Below, in pieces: positions 1 through 8,941 of a stretch of 64,000 nucleotides of DNA. Origin of the DNA: Oceanispirochaeta sp. (GTDB taxonomy: Bacteria; Spirochaetota; Spirochaetia; DSM-2461). The first letter of the stretch is position 1, and every line of letters begins with the position of its first letter. The DNA lies in contig CAXXXD010000002.1 of NCBI GenBank assembly GCA_963663385.2, positions 1,504,001 through 1,568,000 of the forward strand, read 5' to 3'. The translations under genes and the position numbers were made by a program. The notes below the pieces were generated by a model. That model was not told the origin of the DNA and did not search any database. It saw only the letters and a program-made list of their open reading frames with translations.

Positions 1-629
1 CCCAGGAAATTTCCCTTTACCAGTTCATCCCTGCTTTCTGCTATATTCATACTCCTGTCTATATAGACAAATTGGGCCGGATCATTGAATACGGGGGCAG
101 TTATCGAGAACGTTTCATTTTCATAATCCTTTGAGCAGAGAAAACGGAACGGCTCTATGTGGCCTTTTGGTACATTCGTGTAAGCAAAGTAGTGAAAAAG
201 GTCGTCCAGGCTGTCCCAGTCGATATTATCACCACAACTTTTAAGATAGAAGCCGCAATCAATGTGCAGAGATGACAGAATCCTTAGATCTCGGATATTT
301 TCCGCTTTATCTGCCGGGAAAAATACCTGCATATTAAAATTCCTCAACCTGCCTGTTTGTATAAGAATCATTGTCAGATCTCCTGTTTCCGGTACAAAGA
401 GGGCAAGGGGAATCCCTTTGTAGGTATCTTTGAGTTCAAGTTCAGATAGACTTATATGAGAAGTTACTTTTATACAGAACAGACGGAAAAACTCTTTTGA
501 AAGCTTGTCGATTTCTGTAACATCTTCCAGATTTTCGGTTTCTATAATACTTTCAATATCTTTCAGCTGACTTATCAAGTCCCTGTTGAAGGGTGCTACT
601 ACGATTTTTTTTCTGTTTTTCTCTTTCAT
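1..629 (-). CDS. Hypothetical protein coupled to the radical SAM gene (partial, runs off the window edge)
   Basis: Not in the ORF track; translated by hand. ATG at 629-627 overlaps the radical SAM stop (ATGA). The frame is open for about 209 codons to position 1: MKEKNRKKIVVAPFNRDLISQLKD...DLRILSSLHIDCGFYL...HIEPF...FVYIDRSMNIAESRDELVKGNFLG. Confidence 0.8.
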   Translation of the reverse strand, partial: MKEKNRKKIVVAPFNRDLISQLKDIESIIETENLEDVTEIDKLSKEFFRLFCIKVTSHISLSELELKDTYKGIPLALFVPETGDLTMILIQTGRLRNFNMQVFFPADKAENIRDLRILSSLHIDCGFYLKSCGDNIDWDSLDDLFHYFAYTNVPKGHIEPFRFLCSKDYENETFSITAPVFNDPAQFVYIDRSMNIAESRDELVKGNFL

Positions 630-1621
630 ATCAGATCCTCCGCAGGAAGGTACTCTTCAATGAAATTTGCCAGGCATCCTCCGGCACATTTTTCGTTTTT
701 CATATAAATGCAGGATTCACACTCATCGTATATTCCCGCTTTATTCCTGCGGACGGCTTTGTGCATATCGTTGTAGTACTTGTATATATCTTCCACCGAA
801 TCAAATTCAAAAATACTCCTTCTTTTGAATCTTGACAGTGGAAAGCAGGACCAGACCGTCATATCAGGGCCTATATCCAGAGCCGAGCTGCATACAAATT
901 TTACAGTAGACGGTCCCTGTCCTTTTTCCAGTTTAAAAAACTGACCGATCTGCTCGTCTGTAAAACTGCATAAGGGAAAGCCGCAGTCAAATCCGGCGCT
1001 TACATTGTGTTTTATAAAGAGAGGCAGATAGGATGACAGTTTCGCAGCCATTTCCTTGAAGTGATCAGGTTTGATACACAGATTCTTTTCCCCTGGTATG
1101 GGGTGGGCCAGGCCTATCCGTATATGTCTGTTTATACCGTATCGTTCAATGTGTTCGAAAAGGTATTCCATGGTGGCTTCCAGGGTGAAAAGATTGAAGC
1201 TGAGGGTGCAGTATTTTCCCAGTACCCGCAGAAAAGCATCAATCCTCTCCAGTTCCTTATCCGTGGACATGGACGGGTGGTTCAGGTTTACTACAAAGCG
1301 GACCCGATGTTCCGGAAACTGTTCCAGGCTGGCAACCAGATGATCCAGCTTCTTTTGAGACATAATTCCGCAGGTGAAAACGGTAACCCCGAAATTCCTG
1401 TTTATCAGATAGAGAATAAACTCGGTAAAATATTTATGAACGGAAGGTTCTCCTCCCAGAAGGGACAACTGGTTGTTCATATGGGACCGTTCGAAAAGAT
1501 CTACAATGTAGATGAAATCTTCCCAGCTTATAAACTTGTGATCTGAGCTGTCCATATATTTTTTAGCAAAGCAGTAGGGGCAGGATCTGACACACTCTTC
1601 GGTAAGCAATATATTTGGCAT
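626..1621 (-). CDS. Radical SAM protein with C-terminal SPASM-type Fe-S domain
   Basis: CxxxCxxC (CVRSCPYC) at the N-terminus and a GGEP motif. C-terminal C-x15-C (CSSALDIGPDMTVWSC) and CESC-x7-CAGGC. Confidence 0.92.
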   Translation of the reverse strand: MPNILLTEECVRSCPYCFAKKYMDSSDHKFISWEDFIYIVDLFERSHMNNQLSLLGGEPSVHKYFTEFILYLINRNFGVTVFTCGIMSQKKLDHLVASLEQFPEHRVRFVVNLNHPSMSTDKELERIDAFLRVLGKYCTLSFNLFTLEATMEYLFEHIERYGINRHIRIGLAHPIPGEKNLCIKPDHFKEMAAKLSSYLPLFIKHNVSAGFDCGFPLCSFTDEQIGQFFKLEKGQGPSTVKFVCSSALDIGPDMTVWSCFPLSRFKRRSIFEFDSVEDIYKYYNDMHKAVRRNKAGIYDECESCIYMKNEKCAGGCLANFIEEYLPAEDLI

Positions 1622-1652
1622 AAACTTCTTCCCTGCAGATAGTTTAGATAAA

Positions 1653-1682
1653 ATTCTACTACCAACATGCTGTGGTAGTCAA
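1653..1682 (-). promoter_or_regulatory. Putative sigma70 promoter of the radical SAM operon, with an inverted repeat in the spacer
   Basis: Minus strand TTGACT-N18-TAGAAT. ACTACCA-N8-TGGTAGT (1658-1679) overlaps the spacer. Confidence 0.55.
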
Positions 1683-1748
1683 ATTAATACAAAAATGTTT
1701 ATTATTCATCTCTTGTAAATTATGTGTCAGTCTGTAAAATCTATAGTA

Positions 1749-2396
1749 ATGAAATCCCCTCCTTCGAAAATAGTCCTTTTAACTCCTCTTATCCCTGAAT
1801 TTCACGCAGCCAGGGAAGCTTTTGGAGCCAGGGAATTGGAAAACGGGAGTTACCCGGGAGTCCGGATGGCTGAATGGCGCAGAAAAGGACTGATCCTTAC
1901 GATTGTGCAATGCGGATTGGGAGATAAGGGCGTAAAGAGCGTTCTGCCACTGTTATCGGAACTTCATCCTGATCTTCTGATCGATTCCGGCAGCTGCGGA
2001 GGCCTGAATCCTGCTTTCCCTCCGGGCTCCCTTGTAATGGCCGGAGAGGTTGTTTCCTCTGAAAGCCGTACGGTCCTGTCCATGGATTTTTCCGGTTTTG
2101 AGGGTTCCTTTTCTGATTCCGGTTATTTAAAAACCAGGATGCTGGAAGTTCCTGATCCGGTTCTGGATCAGAAAAGCAGGGATGAATTTCAAAGCAGTAC
2201 CGGAGCCGGTGTATGCTCCATGGAAACCTATGCCGTTGCCGAATGGGCGAGGGATAACGCCGTTAAGTGTTTCAGTCTCAGGGTTGTCACCGACCGGGCT
2301 GATGAGAATACCGGGAAGGATTTCAGGAGGAACCTGCGTAATAATACGCTGCTCCTTTATCGTGCGATAAAACAAATACTGAGTTCTCTCCGGTAA
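1749..2396 (+). CDS. Nucleoside phosphorylase/nucleosidase superfamily protein (MTA/SAH nucleosidase-like)
   Basis: CGLG, DSGSCGGL, SMETYAVA and LRVVTDRAD motifs of the PNP_UDP fold. Start is 1749 or 1722. Confidence 0.75.
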   Translation: MKSPPSKIVLLTPLIPEFHAAREAFGARELENGSYPGVRMAEWRRKGLILTIVQCGLGDKGVKSVLPLLSELHPDLLIDSGSCGGLNPAFPPGSLVMAGEVVSSESRTVLSMDFSGFEGSFSDSGYLKTRMLEVPDPVLDQKSRDEFQSSTGAGVCSMETYAVAEWARDNAVKCFSLRVVTDRADENTGKDFRRNLRNNTLLLYRAIKQILSSLR

Positions 2397-2512
2397 TTGA
2401 CGGATCATCTGTAAAATGGCATGAAAAGTCGGGTATAATGACCAAATATATATTAAATTTCATAATTGATTTAAAGCACGATATCGAACATAATGGAATG
2501 GGGAGTAATTGA

Positions 2513-2992
2513 ATGATAGACACTACATTACAGCTTGTCACATTTCAGCTCGGGGTTGAAAACTACGGAATTGATATTATGGATGTAAAGGAAATCTACA
2601 GCATCCAGGAAGTGCGTGATATTCCGAATGCCCCCTCATATGTTGAAGGAATCTTTAATCTGCGGGGAGATATTATTCCCGTTATAAATCTTCATAAGCG
2701 TTTTCATCTCAAGAAGGCGGAACTGACCGAAGATGAAGCTTTATTAAGCGGTTTTATTATTATCAATCTGGATGGCATGCAGCTCGGTGTTATTATCGAT
2801 AAGGTTTTGAGAGTGGTGACTATTAATCGCGATCAGATTCAGCCTCCGCCCCAGATGATCACTGGTATCGGAACCGAATATATTCAGGGGGTTATCCATC
2901 AGGAATCGGGTTACCTTATTATACTGGATATCCGGCGACTATTTGATCCGGATGAACTGCAGCAGATAGGACTGGTAAATAGCGTCCGCTGA
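2513..2992 (+). CDS. cheW: Chemotaxis coupling protein CheW
   Basis: QLVTFQLG...YGIDIMDVKEI, IPNAPSYVEGIFNLRGDIIPVINL. Confidence 0.95.
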   Translation: MIDTTLQLVTFQLGVENYGIDIMDVKEIYSIQEVRDIPNAPSYVEGIFNLRGDIIPVINLHKRFHLKKAELTEDEALLSGFIIINLDGMQLGVIIDKVLRVVTINRDQIQPPPQMITGIGTEYIQGVIHQESGYLIILDIRRLFDPDELQQIGLVNSVR

Positions 2993-4017
2993 TGTCTATT
3001 CCTGTATTCAAACCTTCCATTAAACGCAAGGAGATGGACTCTGTCCTGACATGTCTCGTATCAGATCAGATCGGTCCCGGGCCTCTTTCCGATGATGCCG
3101 CAGAGATGCTGATGGAAAGGACCGGTACAACCGCCTGTCATTTTTTCAGAGAGTATGAAAGGACAATAGAGCTGGCGTTCTCAATGCTTGATCTCGAAGA
3201 GGATGATCAGATTATTCTGTCTCCCCTTGTACCGGGAGCCTATCTTCATGTAATTAAAAAACTCAATCTTCAGCCTGTATTCGTTGATGTAGAATCTAAT
3301 ACGGCAGCTCCCGATCTGGATGATATTCTGGATAAGGTTTGTGAGAAAACCAGAGGAATTCTTCTTTTCGGACCCTTCGCCTATCAGTGGGATTTTTCAG
3401 AATGGGAAAACCCCGGTATTAAAATTATAGAGGACATTACGCAGAACCTTGGCAGTGAAGTAAAGGACGTAGAAGCCGGTTCAACAGGTGATATCGTCAT
3501 TATGAGAATGGAAGCCGGAGATCTGGTTACCTGCGGAGGCGGGTGTGCCCTAATGGTCCGTGATAAATCTCAAAAAGCATTTCTGGATGAAGTTATCGAC
3601 AGATACGATGATTCCATTCTTCTTCCGGATATGAATGCGGCCCTTGCTCTTGTTCAATTCAAGGAATTTGAGAAGAGTTTTGAATTAAGAAAAGAGTTAC
3701 ATGAGTTATTTCTTACATCACTGATGAAGAGCCGGCACGGGTATTTAAATACGCCATCCGAGAGTACTGCCTATTACGGGGCCATGCCTGTTCTGGTAAA
3801 AGGTAAAGTCAAAGAGATTCAGGCTTATGCTCTGAAAAAGAATATTAAAACAACCCTGGCATTCAAGGGCTGCTGCCTGGAAGAGGGGCAGGATTATTCC
3901 ATCCACTGCCCGGAAGCGGAAACCCTGGTGCTGAACTGTATTCTGTTCCCTCTTTACCCGACACTTGGAAAACAGAATAGTGAGACGATTACCCGGGTCT
4001 TGGCTACATTACCCTGA
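2992..4017 (+). CDS. DegT/DnrJ/EryC1/StrS aminotransferase-fold protein, apparently lacking the PLP-binding Lys
   Basis: PVFVDV, IIEDITQNLG and FPLYP fit the DegT fold. The SF...K..GEGG motif is replaced by RMEAGDLVTCGGG. Confidence 0.75.
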   Translation: MSIPVFKPSIKRKEMDSVLTCLVSDQIGPGPLSDDAAEMLMERTGTTACHFFREYERTIELAFSMLDLEEDDQIILSPLVPGAYLHVIKKLNLQPVFVDVESNTAAPDLDDILDKVCEKTRGILLFGPFAYQWDFSEWENPGIKIIEDITQNLGSEVKDVEAGSTGDIVIMRMEAGDLVTCGGGCALMVRDKSQKAFLDEVIDRYDDSILLPDMNAALALVQFKEFEKSFELRKELHELFLTSLMKSRHGYLNTPSESTAYYGAMPVLVKGKVKEIQAYALKKNIKTTLAFKGCCLEEGQDYSIHCPEAETLVLNCILFPLYPTLGKQNSETITRVLATLP

Positions 4018-4027
4018 CAGGGCGGAT

Positions 4028-4882
4028 ATGGAACGAGATATTAAGACAGTACTTATTATAGTAAACCTTTCTAAAAAAGGGGCTTCATCTCTCTATCCCG
4101 AGGTTGTGGCCTATCTTGAAGAATTAGGTATATCGATAATTAAACACTCTTTCTCCGGGAAGCCGGAGCCTTTTAACCCACCCCCGGCAGATCTGGCTAT
4201 TGTTATGGGCGGTGATGGAACTGTTCTGTACAGTGCACGGAAACTGTCCAGTCTGGATATTCCTATAATGGCCGTAAATCTGGGTACTTTCGGCTTCCTT
4301 GCTGAAGTCAGTTCCAGGGAGTGGAGGGAAGCGATAGACAGGTATCTGAACGGAAACATGATTGAAAGCCGCAGGATTATGCTGACTGTTGATATCCTGA
4401 GGCATGGCGAGATCGTGGAATCCTGCTGCTGTCTGAATGACAGTGTAATAACTTCTACGGGAATGGCCAAGATTGTCAACCTGAAAGTGAATATTTCGGA
4501 TCAGGAGGTTATCGCCTACCGGGCTGATGGAATAATCTTGTCTACCCCGACCGGATCCACAGCCTATTCCATGGCTGCGGGAGGCCCCATCCTCCATCCG
4601 GAACTGGCTGCGGTTATCATAAATCCGATTAATCCCTTCACCCTTTCAAACAGACCTCTTGTAGTTCCTTCTGAAGAAGAGATCAGTATCCTTGTCCAGA
4701 AACAGCAGAGAACCGATCTTGTTCTGACAATTGATGGACAGGATGTTATCCCTCTCATTCCGGGAGATCAGATTATCGTGCGGAAAAACACCTGCTGTGC
4801 CAGAATCCTTTCTTTCAGAAGAAGGAATTTCTACGAGGTTGTCAGGATGAAGCTGGGCTGGAAAGGGGGGCCTCATGATTGA
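4028..4882 (+). CDS. nadK: NAD(+) kinase
   Basis: GGDGT, NLGTFGFL, LND and STPTGSTAYSMAAGGP motifs. ATG 4028 preferred to TTG 3965, which overlaps the upstream gene. Confidence 0.95.
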   Translation: MERDIKTVLIIVNLSKKGASSLYPEVVAYLEELGISIIKHSFSGKPEPFNPPPADLAIVMGGDGTVLYSARKLSSLDIPIMAVNLGTFGFLAEVSSREWREAIDRYLNGNMIESRRIMLTVDILRHGEIVESCCCLNDSVITSTGMAKIVNLKVNISDQEVIAYRADGIILSTPTGSTAYSMAAGGPILHPELAAVIINPINPFTLSNRPLVVPSEEEISILVQKQQRTDLVLTIDGQDVIPLIPGDQIIVRKNTCCARILSFRRRNFYEVVRMKLGWKGGPHD

Positions 4883-6557
4883 AGAACTTCATATTAAAAA
4901 CTATGCCCTTATTGATGAGTGTATTGTCAATTTTCAATCCGGCCTGAATATTCTGACCGGTGAAACCGGAGCGGGAAAATCCGTACTGATCGGAGCACTC
5001 GGGATGATTCTGGGGGCAAAAAATGACTCATCCTCAATTCGCACGGGAGCAGATGAGACCGATGTTACAGGTGTTTTTGAAGTTTCGACTGATGAAATAC
5101 GGCTCTGGCTGAAGGAACATGATCTGGATGATTCTGAAGACCGGCTTATAATCCGCCGGACTCTGAAAAGAAGCGGAAGAGGGAAAGTTTCTATTCAGTC
5201 ACGCCCGTTTCCATTAAGTGAATTGACCGATCTGGGGCGCCTCCTTGTAGACGTACATGGCCAGCATGATCATCAGTCCCTTTTTCATATTGACCAGCAC
5301 CGCCGTTTTCTGGATCGCAGCGGCAAACATGAAGCTTTTGTTCGGGAAATAGCTGACACATTTAACCGGGTAAAAGAGCTGAGCCTCAGGATTGAGAAAC
5401 TGAAATCTGATCTGGCAGATAAAGATGCAGAAATGGAGCTGCTCTCGTTTTCCCTGAATGAAATTGAGAAAGCGGATATAAGGGAAGGGGAAGAGGATGA
5501 AATCCGTACACGTTTGAAAAGGATGAACCAGTCTCAGGAACTCTACAGCCTGGCCGACAGTTTTATGGGGCTTATGCCCGAGAGCAGGGGCGGGGCCATG
5601 TCTTCTCTCCGGCAGGCCGGTCGGGTCTTGTCCGGATTAACAGCCCTGGACGGAGTCGATCCCAAACTGTCAGAGCGTTTCTCCAATGCTTTCTATGAGC
5701 TTGAAGATATCATTGAGAGTGTCCGTTCCGTTAATGATGAAATAACATTCGATCCGCGGGATAAAGAATCGATTGAGGATCGTCTGGCCGAAATAAAACG
5801 GATTTTTCGAAAGTACGGACCAACCTATTCGGAGGTGCAGAACTCATATAAAAAGAGTTCTCTTCGTCTGGAAGAGCTTCAAAGCGGAGAAACGAACCTG
5901 GAACAGCTGGAAAGGGAGAAATCCCAGTGGGAAGAAAATCTGATCAGTAAAGCCCAGGAACTCTCTGAAATGAGGAAAGTCCGGGGGGCTCAGCTTGAAA
6001 AAGAAATAGCAGCTCTTCTGAAGAGCCTTGGTATGGCTTCAGCAGAATTCTCGATCCGGATTACAAAAAGGACAGGTGAAAACGGCCAGGCCGTTTGTGG
6101 GATAAGCGGGCTTGACCGGGTTGAATTCCTGTTCTCCGCCAACAAGGGGGAGCCTTTAAAACCCCTGCGGCAGGTTGCTTCCGGGGGAGAAATCTCCCGT
6201 GTTATGCTTGCTGTAAAAACAGCTCTTGCCGGCACAGACAGGATTCCAGTGCTTGTTTTCGATGAAATTGATTCCGGAATCGGCGGAGAAGTTGCTTCTT
6301 CTATCGGACGTCATATGCGGCAGCTCTCCCGGTATAACCAGATATTGTGCATAACTCATCTTGCGTCAATAGCTGTTTATGCCGATAATCATATAAAAGT
6401 AGAAAAAACAGATAAGGAAGATCGGACAAATACATCACTATTTTCATTGACCGGTGAGTCAAAAGTGATGGAGATAGCCCGGATGTTATCTGGTGACAGT
6501 GAGGGTGATGCCTCTATAAGGCACGCGGAAGTGCTCCTGCAAAATGCTGTCGGGTAG
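4875..6557 (+). CDS. recN: DNA repair protein RecN
   Basis: Walker A GETGAGKS, HGQHD, long coiled coil, SGGE signature, FDEID, ITHL. Confidence 0.97.
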   Translation: MIEELHIKNYALIDECIVNFQSGLNILTGETGAGKSVLIGALGMILGAKNDSSSIRTGADETDVTGVFEVSTDEIRLWLKEHDLDDSEDRLIIRRTLKRSGRGKVSIQSRPFPLSELTDLGRLLVDVHGQHDHQSLFHIDQHRRFLDRSGKHEAFVREIADTFNRVKELSLRIEKLKSDLADKDAEMELLSFSLNEIEKADIREGEEDEIRTRLKRMNQSQELYSLADSFMGLMPESRGGAMSSLRQAGRVLSGLTALDGVDPKLSERFSNAFYELEDIIESVRSVNDEITFDPRDKESIEDRLAEIKRIFRKYGPTYSEVQNSYKKSSLRLEELQSGETNLEQLEREKSQWEENLISKAQELSEMRKVRGAQLEKEIAALLKSLGMASAEFSIRITKRTGENGQAVCGISGLDRVEFLFSANKGEPLKPLRQVASGGEISRVMLAVKTALAGTDRIPVLVFDEIDSGIGGEVASSIGRHMRQLSRYNQILCITHLASIAVYADNHIKVEKTDKEDRTNTSLFSLTGESKVMEIARMLSGDSEGDASIRHAEVLLQNAVG

Positions 6558-6572
6558 AGAAGGAAAACTGAA

Positions 6573-7397
6573 ATGGCAAAAGTCAGCGCTGAAGCAAGAA
6601 CAAAATATTTTGAAAAAATCAAGCAGAATAAACGTCAGATAGATCTTTGTCTTCAGCAGGAATCTAAAATCAAAGCCGTTATCAATAACGGTGAAACCGG
6701 AATTGAGTTTCAGAAGATCTCTCTGGCTGAAGAAAACCTGATAATAGCTTCCAATCTGATACTCATGAATCGTTTATCCCTCAGTTTACTGGGGATTAAA
6801 AATGAAAATTTCCTCAATGATGCCAGAAAAACCTGTTATAAAATAATCATTTATCTGGAAGATATCTTTTCGGATTACCTTGATGCTCCCTATTCGGACT
6901 ATTCGGATAAGCTGGAACTTGTAGCAGATCTTCCGGAAGTTGACCGCTATCGTATTATCAGGGAACTGGGATTTTCAATTCAGGAAGTTAAAACAGGATT
7001 CGGTGAAAATTCAAAATGGAAGTGGTCCATTATCGAACTGGAAGCCAGATTGGCAACCTTATCCAAGAATGTTATAGATCTGAAGAAATTTGTTCCCGGA
7101 ATGGATCCCCGATCCGAGGGATTTCGTGAGAGGGTGGAACATTTCCGAATGACCTGCCGCCTGCTTCAGACGTCGGCAGATAACTTCCGTATGAAATATG
7201 AGCTATCGACCAACCGTATGGATGACTTTAAAACGGCTATTAATTACCTGGCGGCTCTAAAACGTTTTTATACCCTCACCAATCAGAAGAGGGAAATCGA
7301 AGAATTAAAAAAGAAGATCGATATCTGGAAACAGAAAATGGATGCGGATGCCAAAAACGTGGAACACGCCGCCCGGCTGAAGCGGCTTGAACGTTAA
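6573..7397 (+). CDS. Hypothetical helical protein
   Basis: 274-aa ORF with an AGAAGGA RBS directly after recN. No recognisable catalytic motif. Confidence 0.75.
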   Translation: MAKVSAEARTKYFEKIKQNKRQIDLCLQQESKIKAVINNGETGIEFQKISLAEENLIIASNLILMNRLSLSLLGIKNENFLNDARKTCYKIIIYLEDIFSDYLDAPYSDYSDKLELVADLPEVDRYRIIRELGFSIQEVKTGFGENSKWKWSIIELEARLATLSKNVIDLKKFVPGMDPRSEGFRERVEHFRMTCRLLQTSADNFRMKYELSTNRMDDFKTAINYLAALKRFYTLTNQKREIEELKKKIDIWKQKMDADAKNVEHAARLKRLER

Positions 7398-7795
7398 TTG
7401 CCCTTTAATTCATATAGGGCGTCATCAGGAAACAGTTCTTTTATTGTACGGGTAATCATAGGCCCCTTTCTCCCCTTGAAGTGTACAGGGAAATCTTCGG
7501 ATACGAACTCGCTGATAACCTGTCTGCAGGCTCCGCAGGGTGAAACGGGGTAATCCGCATCCGGACAGAATATGGCCAGCTCTTTAAACTCTGTCAGACC
7601 TTTCGTTATCGCCGTGGTGATCGCGCTTCTTTCTGCACAGATGGTCAAGCCGAAAGATCTGTTCTCAACGTTTACGCCGGTGATTACTTCGCCGTTTGAG
7701 CAGAGAAGAGCTGCGCCCACACGAAAATGGGAGTAAGGGGAATAGGAATTCTCTGCGATCTTTTCCGCCAGGTCTATCAGTTCATTTTTTTTCAT
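7394..7795 (-). CDS. cdd: Cytidine deaminase (homotetrameric type)
   Basis: YSPYSHFRVGAAL, GVNVEN, TICAERSA, PCGACRQ. Confidence 0.95.
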   Translation of the reverse strand: MKKNELIDLAEKIAENSYSPYSHFRVGAALLCSNGEVITGVNVENRSFGLTICAERSAITTAITKGLTEFKELAIFCPDADYPVSPCGACRQVISEFVSEDFPVHFKGRKGPMITRTIKELFPDDALYELKGN

Positions 7796-7882
7796 GTTTT
7801 ATCTCCCTTGAAAAAGCGTCTGTTTGATCATATTATGTTCATAGTATAATATAATTTCCAGCTGTGCTGTTATAGAGAACAA

Positions 7883-8941
7883 ATGAAAAAATCATTCTTT
7901 TTATCTGTAATTTTCCTTCTTTTTATCCTGTATTATTTTTTGTTTCCCCTGACGGCGGACAGAGAGTATATCTGGTTGCCTCAGTTCCAGTCAGATTTGA
8001 ACGATCTTGACGGGTGTTCCCTTGCTGTCCTTAAGGACTCAGTCTGTATCCGGACAACAACCCTTACAGGTGTACTCAATCCGGATGGAGAATCCATTAT
8101 CAATAGAGATGAGAACAGGATCAAAACCTATTCCGGCAGCCATACATTTGAATCGAAGGGCGACTTCGTTTCTGTTCTGAGGAATAGAATAAATAATAAA
8201 TATGCGATTTTCGAAGGAGCGGGTTCTCCGCTTATCCTGAATGAGCATTATCTTCTGGCTGATTTTCCTTCCTCTCTGATAAAAGAGGTTAGTACAACAG
8301 GTGATATCCTATGGTCCTGGGAAGGAGTCTCTCCTATTACGGCTCTTTCTGCCAGTACAATGAATGTGGTATTCGGAACCCTGGACGGGAAAGTCTACCT
8401 CTTCAGAAAGGACGGCAGTCAAAGGGTTTTCGAACCTCTGAAGGATAGGAATGATTCTGTTATTTACGGCTTGTCCATCTCTCAGGAGGGGAGCCGGTTG
8501 GCTGTCGTAGCCGGATTGGATAATCAGCATCTTGTTATTTACAGCGAACTGACTACCCTTAAATATGTAGAATCCGCCCGGTTTGAGTTGGATAGCCACT
8601 ATGCAAGGCCGGTTACACTCTTCGCTTCGGATTTGAGCTTTTCTGTATGGGTGGAACAGCCCGGTGAGCTGGTCCGTTATACCAGGAGAGGGGTAGAGAC
8701 CCGCTATCCATTTGACGGGGAGTTGTTGACGATGGTTCCTGATGAGAAAGAGGGGCTGATTCATATACTCTGCAGGAGTGACAGCGGTGAAAGCCGTTTG
8801 AGTATCCTGTCTCTTGAAGGTCGTCTTCTGTTGAGTGAAAAAATGAGTGATGTTCCAAGGTATTTCAAATATTTTGAGAATCAGTTTTCCCTGCTGGTTG
8901 GGCAAGACAGTTTTATTCTGATTGACAGGAAGGAGTATTGA
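7883..8941 (+). CDS. Membrane-anchored beta-propeller (WD40/PQQ-like) protein
   Basis: N-terminal hydrophobic anchor. Repeated beta-strand blades (GDILWSW, FGTLDGKVYLF, YGLSISQEGSRLAVV). Confidence 0.65.
   Translation: MKKSFFLSVIFLLFILYYFLFPLTADREYIWLPQFQSDLNDLDGCSLAVLKDSVCIRTTTLTGVLNPDGESIINRDENRIKTYSGSHTFESKGDFVSVLRNRINNKYAIFEGAGSPLILNEHYLLADFPSSLIKEVSTTGDILWSWEGVSPITALSASTMNVVFGTLDGKVYLFRKDGSQRVFEPLKDRNDSVIYGLSISQEGSRLAVVAGLDNQHLVIYSELTTLKYVESARFELDSHYARPVTLFASDLSFSVWVEQPGELVRYTRRGVETRYPFDGELLTMVPDEKEGLIHILCRSDSGESRLSILSLEGRLLLSEKMSDVPRYFKYFENQFSLLVGQDSFILIDRKEY

Noticed and set aside
593..1546. Plus-strand ORFs over the radical SAM gene
   Set aside because: Antisense shadows with no motifs.
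2397..2439. TTGACG and TATAAT upstream of cheW
   Set aside because: The boxes are 31 nt apart, so they do not form one promoter. A promoter is likely here but I cannot place it.
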